Source of the DNA: Epithemia pelagica
Lineage: Eukaryota; Protista; Bacillariophyta
NCBI GenBank assembly: GCA_946965045.2
Contig: OX337237.1
Location: forward strand, 1,426,001-1,490,000
Direction: 5' to 3'
DNA: 64,000 nucleotides
Under the pieces are notes generated by a model. The model was not told where the DNA came from and made no database searches. It was given only the letters and a program-made list of their open reading frames with translations. The position numbers were made by a program, and so were the translations under genes. Of this stretch, positions 21,619 to 32,838 are shown one piece after another; position 1 is the stretch's first letter, and each line of letters starts with the position of its first letter.

Positions 21619-21967
21619 CCAAATGAAGGGGACGCTGTTGGCATCATGCGTTGATTTATTTATGCCTACGGTTACCGCTATCCGCTATTTTTCCTGCTAT
21701 TGGGGGCCCCAAATAGCGGCAAAAATAGCGGATAGGGGAGCTGTTTAGCGGTTAGAGGACGTGGTGGAGTTCAATAGCGGTATTTGGACCATTAGCGGCC
21801 CCGGGTGGAGATAGCCTTACGCAGGTAGGTACAACTAAAGTAGGTTATCAAGGCGCCATTGCTAATTTACATTCTGATCAGACAACAAAAGGTATGGGGC
21901 ATTCCATCTGGGGACTGATGTATTCCTAGGTATTGGAGCATTTTCCCGAAACCTCTGGGTATTCGAT

Positions 21968-22834
21968 TCATTGGGGCTCACTCGTCTCGCTCCCTTCTTG
22001 CGACAGTGCCTCGTGTACGTCAACTTCAGTTTTTTCATTCTCCCCCGTTGTGCTCTTTCTAGTTCCTTCGGTCGTTGAAGGAGCAAGACTGCTCTTGGTA
22101 CTTCTCCTACTGCTCCTCGTTGTGGTGAGAGTGGACAAGGTACTATTGTTCAAGTCTCGTCGTCGTCCAGGTACAGGTACCTCCACTGGTGCTGTCGATT
22201 CTCCTTGCTGCTGTAGTTTTCGAACGGCTCGATATTCTCTATGTTTTCCCGCAGCCATGGTTCCCAAGGCTCCGGCAAAGCCTCCGACCACACCCCCCAA
22301 GGGACCCAAGACCACAAATCCCGCCACTCCCCCCACGACACCAAAGACCACGGTTCGACGCTTTCGACGGACCCGGAGGTTTACCAAGTGAGGATGATAG
22401 GAATGAATGCTGCAGGAATCCAAATAGGGATGATAGGTGGCTGCCGCTGTGGAACTGGTGCTTGTGGTTTGCTGCGAGGTGGAGGAGGCTGTGGACTTGA
22501 ACGTGGACCGAAATCGACGAAGCCTTCGGCTCTTGGGAGGTTGATCTTCTTGAGAAGCACTGGTGGTGGTCGACAACGGTGAGGATACTGTCGTGGAAGA
22601 AGAAAAGGAGACAACGGTCCTGCGGTTGTGGTGGCTTGCATCATCTTTCGTGGTAATGCAAGGGACGTTCTCTGTTCCCACGATCGAGTTACCACAAGTG
22701 CTGGAAGCATCTACTACTACTTGCTCTTCCTCTTCTTCTTCTTCGGGAGGATTCATTTCCAATCGTTCTGTTGCTTCGCTCATCCTTAGTTCTTCAGGCA
22801 AATGAGTGTGGTCGTCCGTCGCCAGAGGAGCCAT
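21968..22834 (-). CDS. Hypothetical protein with a glycine-zipper membrane segment
   Basis: 288-aa ATG ORF; 'TVVFGVVGGVAGFVVLGPLGGVVGGFAGALGT' within S/T-rich flanks. Confidence 0.75.
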   Translation of the reverse strand: MAPLATDDHTHLPEELRMSEATERLEMNPPEEEEEEEQVVVDASSTCGNSIVGTENVPCITTKDDASHHNRRTVVSFSSSTTVSSPLSTTTSASQEDQPPKSRRLRRFRSTFKSTASSTSQQTTSTSSTAAATYHPYLDSCSIHSYHPHLVNLRVRRKRRTVVFGVVGGVAGFVVLGPLGGVVGGFAGALGTMAAGKHREYRAVRKLQQQGESTAPVEVPVPGRRRDLNNSTLSTLTTTRSSRRSTKSSLAPSTTEGTRKSTTGENEKTEVDVHEALSQEGSETSEPQ

Positions 22835-23691
22835 GGTTTCTGTGCAGGGTGTTGCTTGGTTTGTTCCGTGCTACAAACCCTTGTTGATGCAATTTTGTGA
22901 GCAGTTCCGGTTGTTTTGGCTCGTGGTCGGTGTCACTTGTTGTCCATCATCCAAACCCTGAGTCGTTCGTTTCTTGTGTGTTCCTTAGTGTGAATCTAAT
23001 AAAAATGGTGTGGAACGCTAGAGATCAAGCGTGGCAAGAGTGGACCATTCCAGTTGGCACAGCAGTTCCTGTCCTGATGGCGAGTCCCACTTCAAGGTTC
23101 AACCTGAGCGTGCGCAAAAGGTTGAAGAACGGGATGCACGCGCGCGCACGGCTCTTCCAGATTCCGTCCGTGACACAAACGAGTCACGGATCACATCCTT
23201 CCAGATTTTCGGTTTCTTGTCCATCAAGAATCAAGACCATCAAGGACGACGACGATGGTGGATTTGTGGTTCTCCCTGCTGCCGGGGAATGCCCGTCGCT
23301 CCGTGGAAAGCTGTTCCTGAAAAAATCATGTTGTGGCAGGCATGTGTGCTTTGAGATAGTACTTTCACGACACAAATGACATCCTTCCAAACGACCAGAG
23401 TGTTATCAATGGCGCGCTCAAGTCCTCGAACTGGACAACGACCATGGAGGTGCATCTGGGAGAGAGGCCTTTCTCCTCCTCCTCTTGTTGGCAGAAATCA
23501 ATCCCATAGCGGGTTTTGTTTTGAGAAACGAAACTCCTCCACCCAAACCCATCCCATAATGTGTTGTGTTTGGCTTGCCACGGCTTGGACCCAACATCTC
23601 TTTTTGCACTCATAAAAAACTTTGGACGTCAACGACTATTGGATCATTGCTTCTCACACATTTCCCCTTTGGCAAAAAGTACATTCCAACA

Positions 23692-26600
23692 ATGTCATTG
23701 CATCCGCAGCCCCTGGCACTGCCCGTGGCCACTAGTAGCCTCACCGAGGCTGAACACACTTCTCATTTGGACGTGACCAAACTCTTGGGAGATTTCTCCT
23801 TGGATTCCCAAACACGCAAAACGTTGCTGTCGATTCGTCGTCCTCCCGCCCTGCGTCGGGCCAGTCATGGTGGTGGTGGTGCTTGCTGCTGGGACGACTA
23901 CCAGGCGTGCCACCCTCATCCGTCTCTGGACGGCCGTTTCGATACAGGTGATTACGACTATCATGACACGAATCGAAAGGATGAGGCAACAAATCACGTG
24001 GAATTGGTGGCGGTCCAGGGATGTGTCCTTCCCCTCACCAATGTGACTGGCACTCGAATGGCCGATTGGAACCAGACACTGTCAGTAATGAACCAGTTTT
24101 TGAAGGACAGTCCCTCCACCAACGACGGCAAACGATCCTCCTCTCCAAGACTGCGTTCCTCGGACCAACCAATGACTGGGACATGTCCTCAAAGTCTGGA
24201 CCGGAAGAATGTGCTACAGCGAGCTCCCTCCACCACCGATTCTCGTATGGTTGCTCCTGAGAAGGAAGAAGAAGAAGAAGCGTATCATATCAGTCCACGT
24301 ACCGTCGTGGAGGGACCCACCGGTACATGGAATGTGCCCCGTATCGAGAGTGCCGAGAAGCGGTTCCACGACGACGACTACTACCAGAGCTTGGGACAGC
24401 CAGAAAGGAGCGGCCAACAACAACAAGACAGTGAGCTGGTACAATCCACAGATTTCCTCTGGACTCCACAAATGTTGCAGCAAGTGTATCAAATGGGTTC
24501 CCAGGTACCACCTCCACTTGGCGCTACACCGGATGATCGTGATAGTTTTCATATTACGGCAACCAAGGTCTCCCAGTCGCCGCACACGACAGCTTTGCGA
24601 TTCGAGCAGTGTGGCACCGGACAAAATGGACCTGCAACCAATCTTGCTCACCATGACAAGGGTGATACACAGTTTGTCCCCCCTCTCCCCGTCTTTCAAG
24701 AACTTGATGGCAGTGTCCAGAATGAGGTACATACGCCTCGTGTTACGAGCAACGGAGTATTCCAATCGCTCCACCAAGTACAGGAACAGGACAACGACCA
24801 TGAAGAGTCCACAGAGTTCCTATTGACTCCGCAGTTGTTGCAAGTGTTTGAAAAGGGTTCCAAGGTACCGCCGCCACCCGGTTTCGCAGAGCGAGATCGA
24901 AATATTTTTAACATTCCGGTAACCCAGCACCCCGAGTCATTGGAAACGACACATTTGCCAACCGAGCTGTGTCGAACCGAGCAAATGGGACAGGAACACG
25001 ATCTTGCTCACCATGAAAAGGCTGAAAAACAGGTGGTCCCTCCTTTATCCTTCTTCACAGAGCTTGATGACACTGTCCTGAATGAGGTACATACGCCCTG
25101 CGTTACGAGACACGGCGCATTCGAATGGGTCGAATTGCAGGAACAGGACACTAAGCTTGCACGGTCAACAGATTCCCTATCGACTTCACGATTTCTGCCG
25201 TTGTTTGAAAAGGGTTCCAATGTACCACCTCCACCAGGTTTCACGGAGAAAGACCGGCATAACAAGCACCCTGAGTCATTGGAAAAGATAACTTCACCGA
25301 AAGAGGACACCGAGCTTGCAGGGTCAACAGATACTCGATTGACTTCACGGTTTCTCCCATTGTTTGAAAAGGGTTCCAGTGTACCACCTCCTCCAGGTTT
25401 CACAGAGCAAGACCGGCATAGTTTTGACATTCCGGTAAACCAGCACCCCAAGGAGTTTGGAACCGCACCCAGTGGACAGGGAGACGATATTGCGCACCAT
25501 GACAAGGCTGCAGAAGAGTTCGTCCGCCCTGTAATCCTCTTGCCAGAACTGGATAGTTGTATCGAGAATGAGGTACATACACCTTGTGTTTTCAGATCGG
25601 TCGAGCTGGGGGAAGAGGACACCGAGCTAGCAGGGCCAACAGATTGCCTACTTTCTTCACGCTTTCTGCCGTTGTTTGAAAAGGATTCCAATGTACCACC
25701 TCCACCAGGTTTCACGGAGAAAGACCGGCTCAACAAGCACCCCGAGTCATTGGAAAAGATAACTTCACCGAAAGAGGACACCGAGCTTGCAGGGTCAACA
25801 GATACTCGATTGACTTCACGGTTTCTCCCATTGTTTGAAAAGGGTTCCAGTGTACCACCTCCTCCAGGTTTCACAGAGCAAGACCGGCATAGTTTTGACA
25901 TTCCGGTAAACCAGCACCCCAAGGAGGAATTTGAAACCGCACCAAGTGGACAGGGAGACGATATTGCGCACCATGACAAGGCTGCAGAAGAGTTCGTCCG
26001 CCCTGTAATCCTCTTGCCAGAACTGGATAGTTGTATCGAGAATGAGGTACATACACCTTGTGTTTTCAGATCGGTCGAGCTGGGGGAAGAGGACACCGAG
26101 CTAGCAGGGCCAACAGATTGCCTACTTTCTTCACGCTTTCTGCCGTTGTTTGAAAAGGATTCCAATGTACCACCTCCACCAGGTTTCACGGAGAAAGATC
26201 GGCATAACAAGCACCCCGAGTCATTGGAAAAGATAACTTCACCGAAAGAGGACACCGAGCTTGCATGGTCAACAGATTGCCTACTTTCTGCACGGTTTCT
26301 GCCATTGTTTGAAAAGGGTTCCAATGTACCACCTCCACCAGGTTTCACAGAGCAAGATCGGCATAATTTTGACTTTCCGGTAAACAAGCACCCTGAGTCA
26401 TTGGAAAGGATAACTTCACCAACGGAGGAATTTGGAACCGCACCAAGTGGACAGGGAGACGATATTGCGCACCATGACAAGGCTGCAGAAGAGTTCGTCC
26501 GCCCTGTAATCCGCTTCCCAGAACTGGATAGTTGCATCGAGGATGAGGTACAAACGCCTCGTGTTACAAGAAACTGTTTATCAACATCAACCTTTGATGA

Positions 26601-27078
26601 CTTCCGCAGTGCTGACGACCTTGCCTCCAGTTCCCTATATCTTGAGTCCCAATCATTAGAGTCTTCCGCACCAATCCCTTTGGAAATATCGGTTCAACTG
26701 CAAGAGGAGGGTCAGTTTGACCCGATCGAAGACACCTTTATGTCATCTCTTTGCTGCAAGGAGATGAGTTGGAATCCGTCTGATGATGATTGGTGGGAAG
26801 GTGAAGAGTGTTGCACGCTTTTCGGCAGACCCTACTCTACCACGTCGGCTCAAGTGTCTAATGAACAAATTCGGTGTATGGGAGATATGTCATGTCCAAT
26901 CGAGGACCCATGTTGGCTCTGTCGCGTAATGATGCAAGAGAGCATTTCCAGACGCTTGGATAGCGAAAGTGTTGACGAGTTGTACAACACTTGTTATCAA
27001 GAAGCGCGTGAACCTGAAGAATCCAGGTTTATCTCTGAAGCAAGCGTTGGTGATGACCATGACGATTGGATGTTGTAA
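23692..27078 (+). CDS. Large disordered repeat protein with PPPPGF motifs and a Cys-rich C-terminus
   Basis: Single ORF of ~1130 aa from ATG 23692; seven VPPPPGF motifs plus one VPPPLG; C-terminal 'CCTLFGRPY...CPIEDPCWLC'. Confidence 0.75.
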   Translation: MSLHPQPLALPVATSSLTEAEHTSHLDVTKLLGDFSLDSQTRKTLLSIRRPPALRRASHGGGGACCWDDYQACHPHPSLDGRFDTGDYDYHDTNRKDEATNHVELVAVQGCVLPLTNVTGTRMADWNQTLSVMNQFLKDSPSTNDGKRSSSPRLRSSDQPMTGTCPQSLDRKNVLQRAPSTTDSRMVAPEKEEEEEAYHISPRTVVEGPTGTWNVPRIESAEKRFHDDDYYQSLGQPERSGQQQQDSELVQSTDFLWTPQMLQQVYQMGSQVPPPLGATPDDRDSFHITATKVSQSPHTTALRFEQCGTGQNGPATNLAHHDKGDTQFVPPLPVFQELDGSVQNEVHTPRVTSNGVFQSLHQVQEQDNDHEESTEFLLTPQLLQVFEKGSKVPPPPGFAERDRNIFNIPVTQHPESLETTHLPTELCRTEQMGQEHDLAHHEKAEKQVVPPLSFFTELDDTVLNEVHTPCVTRHGAFEWVELQEQDTKLARSTDSLSTSRFLPLFEKGSNVPPPPGFTEKDRHNKHPESLEKITSPKEDTELAGSTDTRLTSRFLPLFEKGSSVPPPPGFTEQDRHSFDIPVNQHPKEFGTAPSGQGDDIAHHDKAAEEFVRPVILLPELDSCIENEVHTPCVFRSVELGEEDTELAGPTDCLLSSRFLPLFEKDSNVPPPPGFTEKDRLNKHPESLEKITSPKEDTELAGSTDTRLTSRFLPLFEKGSSVPPPPGFTEQDRHSFDIPVNQHPKEEFETAPSGQGDDIAHHDKAAEEFVRPVILLPELDSCIENEVHTPCVFRSVELGEEDTELAGPTDCLLSSRFLPLFEKDSNVPPPPGFTEKDRHNKHPESLEKITSPKEDTELAWSTDCLLSARFLPLFEKGSNVPPPPGFTEQDRHNFDFPVNKHPESLERITSPTEEFGTAPSGQGDDIAHHDKAAEEFVRPVIRFPELDSCIEDEVQTPRVTRNCLSTSTFDDFRSADDLASSSLYLESQSLESSAPIPLEISVQLQEEGQFDPIEDTFMSSLCCKEMSWNPSDDDWWEGEECCTLFGRPYSTTSAQVSNEQIRCMGDMSCPIEDPCWLCRVMMQESISRRLDSESVDELYNTCYQEAREPEESRFISEASVGDDHDDWML
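25147..26560. repeat. Higher-order coding tandem repeat (~471-474 bp, about 3 units)
   Basis: Near-identical blocks offset by 471 and 474 bp, visible in paired ORFs 25345/25816 and 25400/25871. More diverged copies lie upstream at ~24420-25140. Confidence 0.9.
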
Positions 27079-27487
27079 AATTCATCTTTGACCAGATGTA
27101 AAACCATGGGGTAATTAATAGACGCGACGAGCTGTGAAATCACACCTAGAAGAGCATGGTATAGAGCATCAAGAGCAACATAAACTAAAAATAGTCTTAG
27201 ATTGCATCAACCTGAATTACCAAGGGGTGCTAGACCGTCGGTCGGCCAAATGGTCGACCGTTCCTGAATGACAGCAGACGCTAGGTAGGGGCCAAATGAG
27301 GGGGGCTCTCGTTGTCGCGAGCAGTTTTGGGTAGAATTCAGATGTACAATGTAACTGGAGCTGTCGTCGTATTCAATGACGAGGCGGTTGGCAACTCATG
27401 CGTTATGGATGGACTTATTTCGAATCGAGCTTGCATCATCATGTTGTTAGAAGCTACAATGAGTGGTTGCCAGGTGTGTTGTTGGGT

Positions 27488-27710
27488 TTTCAGCATTCCC
27501 AATGCCATTGAACAACTCAATACATGGAAGTTTTGGATCGTGATGAGTCGTCAGAACCAACGATGAGGAGCCCAATCCGACGATGTCCGCTAGTCGGATT
27601 TTCAGCATTCCCAATGCCCTTGAACAACTCAATACATGGAAGTTTTGGATCGTGATGAGTCGTCAGAACCAACGATGAGGAGCCCAATCCGACGATGTCC
27701 GCTAGTCGGA
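27488..27710. repeat. 112-bp direct tandem duplication
   Basis: 'ttttcagcattcccaatgcc...gtccgctagtcgga' occurs twice; one difference seen (gccattg vs gcccttg). Confidence 0.9.
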
Positions 27711-29078
27711 CTCGCGTCAAAAGGACCCGGCACGGGCGAGTATGGGTGGAGGTGCGCCTCGTATCGTTGATCCAGCTTTTCCAACAGTCCCCTTGTCTTG
27801 AGCCTGTAACTTGCCTACTGGAACCTCTCCAGTGTTCCTGATCAAGCCATTTTCTATGGACGGATGCACTTGCATGGTCGTAAACATACGTGACTAATTG
27901 CTGCTGCACTTCTTGGTTGTCCGAGTTTCGATATTTGGACTGGATTGAGACATCTACCTGCCTTCGTCCAATCCACCGCCTTTCTGGTCTGTGTCGCCAT
28001 GACTATTGGTTGCCATGGGGACAAGGATGATTTTGCGGACAGCGTCGTACCCCACGGCAATACTGGTAAAATTGACCCATGACGTGTTGTGCAACTCGCA
28101 TGAAGTATGGCAATTTACGCCCATCGCTCTTTTCATGGTTATCCGACAAAGGCACACACCAAATCAAATGAGAAAGGACGCATCCACATTATGTTCTTGA
28201 TGGTCGATGACTTCGACATTGCGGAGGAACCTCCCTCACTCGAGAAGCAAGTTATCCAAAATGTTCAGTCGCTGGATGATGCAGGATCCAAGCTTCTTTA
28301 CTCCATTCTCTATTGGTCTCTATACGGCATAGTACAACTCTACCAACCGAGCAATTTGGAATCGCACAGTATGGACATCGGTGCGATTGCACACTGCTCC
28401 GTTGGTGAAGTTGTAATATGTGTACAACGGTGTGGGACGTTGTATGTGCCACCTGATCATCCTGGTCTTGCACAGCTGGAATGCGCACGATAATCCCAAG
28501 TGTCGAATGTTCCTCCAAGAGACTTCTTGTCGTCCTTGTTGATCTTTGAATGTGGGTGGCAGTTGTAGCTCCAGTGTGTTGGCGTGTGAGTCCGGTGGTG
28601 CCTTCCACAAACGGCATGTGAAACAAATAGTCAGAAAACACGTTTGAGCAAAGTACAGGAACCGATGAATCTCATTCCACACAGGGCAATCATCAATGTG
28701 TACTGTCGGCGAAATTTGGTATCGCTTGAGGTGGTTGTTTTGACAAAAGTTTCCTTGATGGTGATTAAAGATGGCGGTCCGATCGACCGTGCAGACAAAG
28801 CGCAACAAAGGATAAAAATTCTCAAGCATTTCGAAAGAAAGGGAAGAGAGCTCCAAATCATGGTCCAATGGAATCTTTTGCTCATCAAATCCAATCCAGA
28901 GAACTAGGTACGGGATCGAAACAGACCCCATCCGGAATACAGTCGACGTTTCTCTTATTGGGACCGAATGCACTCACGGTGTAACCACAAACAATACTCG
29001 TCGTGCTTGTCTTTGTCATGCCTTCAAATCGTACTATGGTATTCCAACTCCAAGACGATGATCCAAACGGAAGGAACC

Positions 29079-30599
29079 TCATGTTGTAGATTTTCCCACC
29101 GTATGGGAAATGAGTATTTCGACAGTGGGTGGATGCCAATGTTGGGTGGTACGCAGCGATTGCCATCCTCCAGAATTGTGTTGCTGTTGTAACAAGCACG
29201 TCGGACTGGGATAAAAACAAACACTGGGAATCCGGGCCGTTTCTCGATATTGTTGCTGTTGGTGGTTGTCGTCATTGTTGTTGTTCTCGTCGTCGTTCGC
29301 AACACGAGTGGGAGATTGCAACAGAGGTGCCCAAAAGGCGTATTGTTGATACCGGATTCGTCGTCGTCTCGAGTGGGGATGGTGATTCTCCAGTGGGGCA
29401 CAACAAGCCACAGTGTCGGGAATGTCTTCCTCCTCCTCTTGTACCACGACAACTGTCCTAGTTTCACCGTCCTCGTCGTTGTACCTGGAATGGTTTGGGA
29501 CCTCGTCGGGTGCCAATTCCTTGCTCATGTACCAAATCATGGTTTGATGAGAAAATCGTCGCGCAATACAACACTGCAAAACCTTGTCATGGTGATTGTG
29601 CTGGTGTCGTAGTCGTGGTCGTCGTCGTCGAGGTTTGGTAAAGACAAAGCCATTGGCATGGCACGAGGTACAGTGATAAATGCCATTGTAATCTTCATCT
29701 CCTGCATACGAGACACAAATGGCATGGGGTAACAAAAGCGTCGGAATGGGAATGCGAGGAATGCCCCTGGATGACTCGTGGGACCACAGACCTTGTACTT
29801 GTTCCAAGGCACGCAACCATTGTAAGGGAGACAGGGGTGACGACAGGATGGCCCACGCTCGAGTACTGCTAGATATGGAGGGAGAGGATAACACTGGCGT
29901 TCCTCCTCCAAAGCGTTCGAGACAGTGTTGTCGTCGTCGTCGTCGGATGGACGCCACATGCTGATAGACCAATCGTCGCCAAGCTCGACATGTGGGGAGA
30001 ATACTCCTAGCCAATTCGTGTGCATTCAACCATTGAAAAATACCGAGCCATAAATGGTCTTCCAATTCATCTTTCCACTGGACCACAGGATTTGTCGGAG
30101 GAGTACATTTTGTTGTGACGACAAGTGTTCTACCTTGGTCCTCTTGAGTTGGTTCTGTGTGGTCGTGTTGTGCTTGTTGATTTTGTGGTGGTGGTGGTTG
30201 TTGTTGTTGTGGAGTCTTTGGCTTGATGCCATCCATGGCATGTTCCTGGCGTTGTTCGGTAACTAGTTGCCGAAAGGCGGCCACAAAGTCGTGAAAGGCG
30301 GGTGATGCAGACAAGGATGACGACGACAACGACAAGTGAGAGGACGAATCGAGAGCATCTCCCTCAGATGTACGTGACAGTTGTTCATGTAACTGCTGAG
30401 ACTGAATCCATTCGGAGATTTCCTTCAACACCGTGCCGGGGGTCTCATTGTCGTCGAATGACGGTCTTGTTTGGGATGCTTGTTTCTGTATGGTGTCGTT
30501 GTTGTTCACATGATGGTGGGGAACACTCTGAGGATCCCCCTCTTGTTGCCACACAGATGACAATTTATGAGAGGACTCCCATCGCTGGTTCTGGCTCAT
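29079..30599 (-). CDS. F-box domain protein
   Basis: 'LEDHLWLGIFQWLNAHELARSILPTCRAWRRL' is F-box-like; C-terminal 'ICVSYAGDEDYNGIYHCT...CCIARR...WYMSKE' domain. Confidence 0.78.
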   Translation of the reverse strand: MSQNQRWESSHKLSSVWQQEGDPQSVPHHHVNNNDTIQKQASQTRPSFDDNETPGTVLKEISEWIQSQQLHEQLSRTSEGDALDSSSHLSLSSSSLSASPAFHDFVAAFRQLVTEQRQEHAMDGIKPKTPQQQQPPPPQNQQAQHDHTEPTQEDQGRTLVVTTKCTPPTNPVVQWKDELEDHLWLGIFQWLNAHELARSILPTCRAWRRLVYQHVASIRRRRRQHCLERFGGGTPVLSSPSISSSTRAWAILSSPLSPLQWLRALEQVQGLWSHESSRGIPRIPIPTLLLPHAICVSYAGDEDYNGIYHCTSCHANGFVFTKPRRRRPRLRHQHNHHDKVLQCCIARRFSHQTMIWYMSKELAPDEVPNHSRYNDEDGETRTVVVVQEEEEDIPDTVACCAPLENHHPHSRRRRIRYQQYAFWAPLLQSPTRVANDDENNNNDDNHQQQQYRETARIPSVCFYPSPTCLLQQQHNSGGWQSLRTTQHWHPPTVEILISHTVGKSTT

Positions 30600-30906
30600 T
30601 GTCTATCGCAGTTTGTCTCTCTTCTTGCTTCTTCCACCTCTCTGATCCGGCGGCAACTCTTTTCTCTTCCTGCCATTGTGTGTCACGCCGTGACCTCCTC
30701 GGCATCAATGACCGCGACTGAAGTTATGTTGGTCGCGTAAAAGAAAAAAAGGGTCGGAAGCAAGTTTTCCCCAACAACAATAACGGAAACCCAAAAATCG
30801 ACCAACCGGTGCGAAAACTGGAAAGCACTAGGTAAACCTTACAGTGCACAACTCATTCAAGAGTGCTCTACGATCTGTATTTCAAATCTGTTCCATGGAC
30901 ATGTCG

Positions 30907-31950
30907 TCATTGGCGACCCGTGTCTGTCGTGGTCGGATCCTGTTGGAGGACCATGGCATTGTAGTACAGCACCGGTGATACTGGTTCCGGTTTGCTTTGT
31001 TGGTTGTCCTTGTCGGTCTTTGTTGTTGGAGTGGCATAAATGACATAGCGCTTGGCGTGATGGAGTCCACATTTTTGATAAAAGGCTACATTGTCATTGT
31101 GACATTCCAAGTAGAGTCGCACTGACGACGACGACGACGTAGTAGTATCATCCGCAGTAGGGGTTTGGGCCAGAGCCACGGCGGTTTTCATCAAGAGCCG
31201 TCCAATTCCCTTGCCTTGCGCCGCCGATGCCACACCCAAATTGGCCACATGCCAATGGGGTTGTCTTCGATGATCCGTTACGAGATCGTGTTCTTGTTCC
31301 GTACGACTCGTGTAGGAATCAAATCGTTGTGCCATGGTAGTGCCGGACAATGACGATGGCGACGACGACGACAAGACAAGGGGTACCGGTTGTCCCAGAG
31401 GAATGACGGATCGCAAAAAATGCATCTTGTACAACCAGCCATATTTGGCTTGGTAGGGAGGAATCAAATGAATGGAACCCAAATATTCATTTGTTGTGGC
31501 ATGTCGGCAGACAATGCAAGAGCCATACAGCTCGGTAAATCGCAAGACGCATTCGATCATGTATTCCGTCACTTTTACATGATGAGCATCGTTGTCCTTG
31601 TCAGTCTGTTCGGTTTCGTCTTTGCCGAGGGTTCCAGTCGCCAGCCAACGGAAATCGGGGCCTGGCAAGAAACCACTTTTGTGAATCTTCTTCTCCTCCG
31701 GTGTCAATTGATCAACCACTTGCATCGTAATGGCCCACGGAGGAGGACTTTGGTTGCTTGTCGTCGACGAGGTTGACCCGGCGGCATTATGATGACGATG
31801 ATACTCTTGGAGAATGGACTGAATGACGGGATTCTCGTCCAAGTCACTGGTCGTGGACAATCGAGGCGCCACTCGACCAAACCATCGCGTCCACATCCAA
31901 ACACCACCACCCACAGTGACGGCCACGATACTTGCGGTTAGGAGCACCAT
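30907..31950 (-). CDS. GNAT-family N-acetyltransferase with N-terminal membrane anchor
   Basis: 'HWHVANLGVASAAQGKGIGRLLM' (motif A) and 'LYLECHNDNVAFYQKCG' (motif B). Confidence 0.88.
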   Translation of the reverse strand: MVLLTASIVAVTVGGGVWMWTRWFGRVAPRLSTTSDLDENPVIQSILQEYHRHHNAAGSTSSTTSNQSPPPWAITMQVVDQLTPEEKKIHKSGFLPGPDFRWLATGTLGKDETEQTDKDNDAHHVKVTEYMIECVLRFTELYGSCIVCRHATTNEYLGSIHLIPPYQAKYGWLYKMHFLRSVIPLGQPVPLVLSSSSPSSLSGTTMAQRFDSYTSRTEQEHDLVTDHRRQPHWHVANLGVASAAQGKGIGRLLMKTAVALAQTPTADDTTTSSSSSVRLYLECHNDNVAFYQKCGLHHAKRYVIYATPTTKTDKDNQQSKPEPVSPVLYYNAMVLQQDPTTTDTGRQ

Positions 31951-32838
31951 ATTCTGCCTTTTTTGTTTCTTCGCGTTTGTTGTAAAATGAGATTAAGCCA
32001 CTACAGTGGACAAATTGGTTCCATGAATGACGCCACCGCAATCGCCAAGAAGCATTCTTATTCACATGTGGTCGAACAGCCGAGAACAGGGATTGATCTG
32101 TTGGAAGTTGAAAGTTGGAACGAGCGAGAAGCGAAAAGGTGACGCGTCCGTCTTCAGTTGCAGTAGTCGCATCAACAGCGACTGCCTGAATCGCGTCAAA
32201 ATACCGGGGACTCAACTATGCTCCGACCTAACTACTAACTACTCCTACTCCTACTTCGCATTCCTCATATCATAAATCATCATAATACTCCTACGAAGAT
32301 ACGACACAAATCTCGTATGTTTGTCCCATGTCGCACGCACAGGATTGTCTTAATGTGTTCTGCAAACAAGATGCGTTTCGATTGTTGGTGGAATGCAAAT
32401 ATACACATATAAAAGAAATTGACTAGGTAGGTAGAGCGTGCTCGAATGACTCGAGAAGAACAAACAATCGTGCAGTGTGTAGGAGTACATGTAATTATTT
32501 GTGAGACCGGAGCAGTTGGCTCTTTGTGCTTTGGTATTTGTTAGTTGTGGAAGGACATTCAACGAATATAACTCTGAGGTTTCGTGTGCTGCGGGAACAA
32601 AGGAAACGGATCCAATTCGTATGGCAACATGTGTGACGACACGCATGGAATCGACCTTCTGTGTCATTCTGTTCCTGAGGGCAGCACGTTTCTTGGTGGC
32701 TCGGCTCGATATGCTCATTCGATTCTGCGGATACCAAGCTTTAACAGCGGAGACTATCGTTGCCCAAGTGGTTTTTCCAGGTCCAATCTCTCGTCCCCGA
32801 CAACGACAAGGCCACGAATACTGGCCACAAAACAAGTA

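Larger units (their letters stand above)
18665..21816 (+). mobile_element. Autonomous PIF/Harbinger DNA transposon
   Basis: 15-bp perfect TIR GGCTATCTCCACCCG (extends imperfectly to ~26 bp); TTA TSD at 18662-18664 and 21817-21819; transposase plus Myb-like gene; clustered TAGCGG/CCGCTA subterminal motifs at both ends. Confidence 0.95.

Noticed and set aside
25008-26537. 509-aa minus-strand ORF
   Set aside because: Antisense shadow of the tandem-repeat gene. A stop-free unit repeated gives a long ORF, and the S/G/C-rich composition is typical of antisense.
27854-28973. Possible glycosyltransferase or other pseudogene on the minus strand
   Set aside because: Protein-like patches occur in several frames, but no convincing motif set or splice model.
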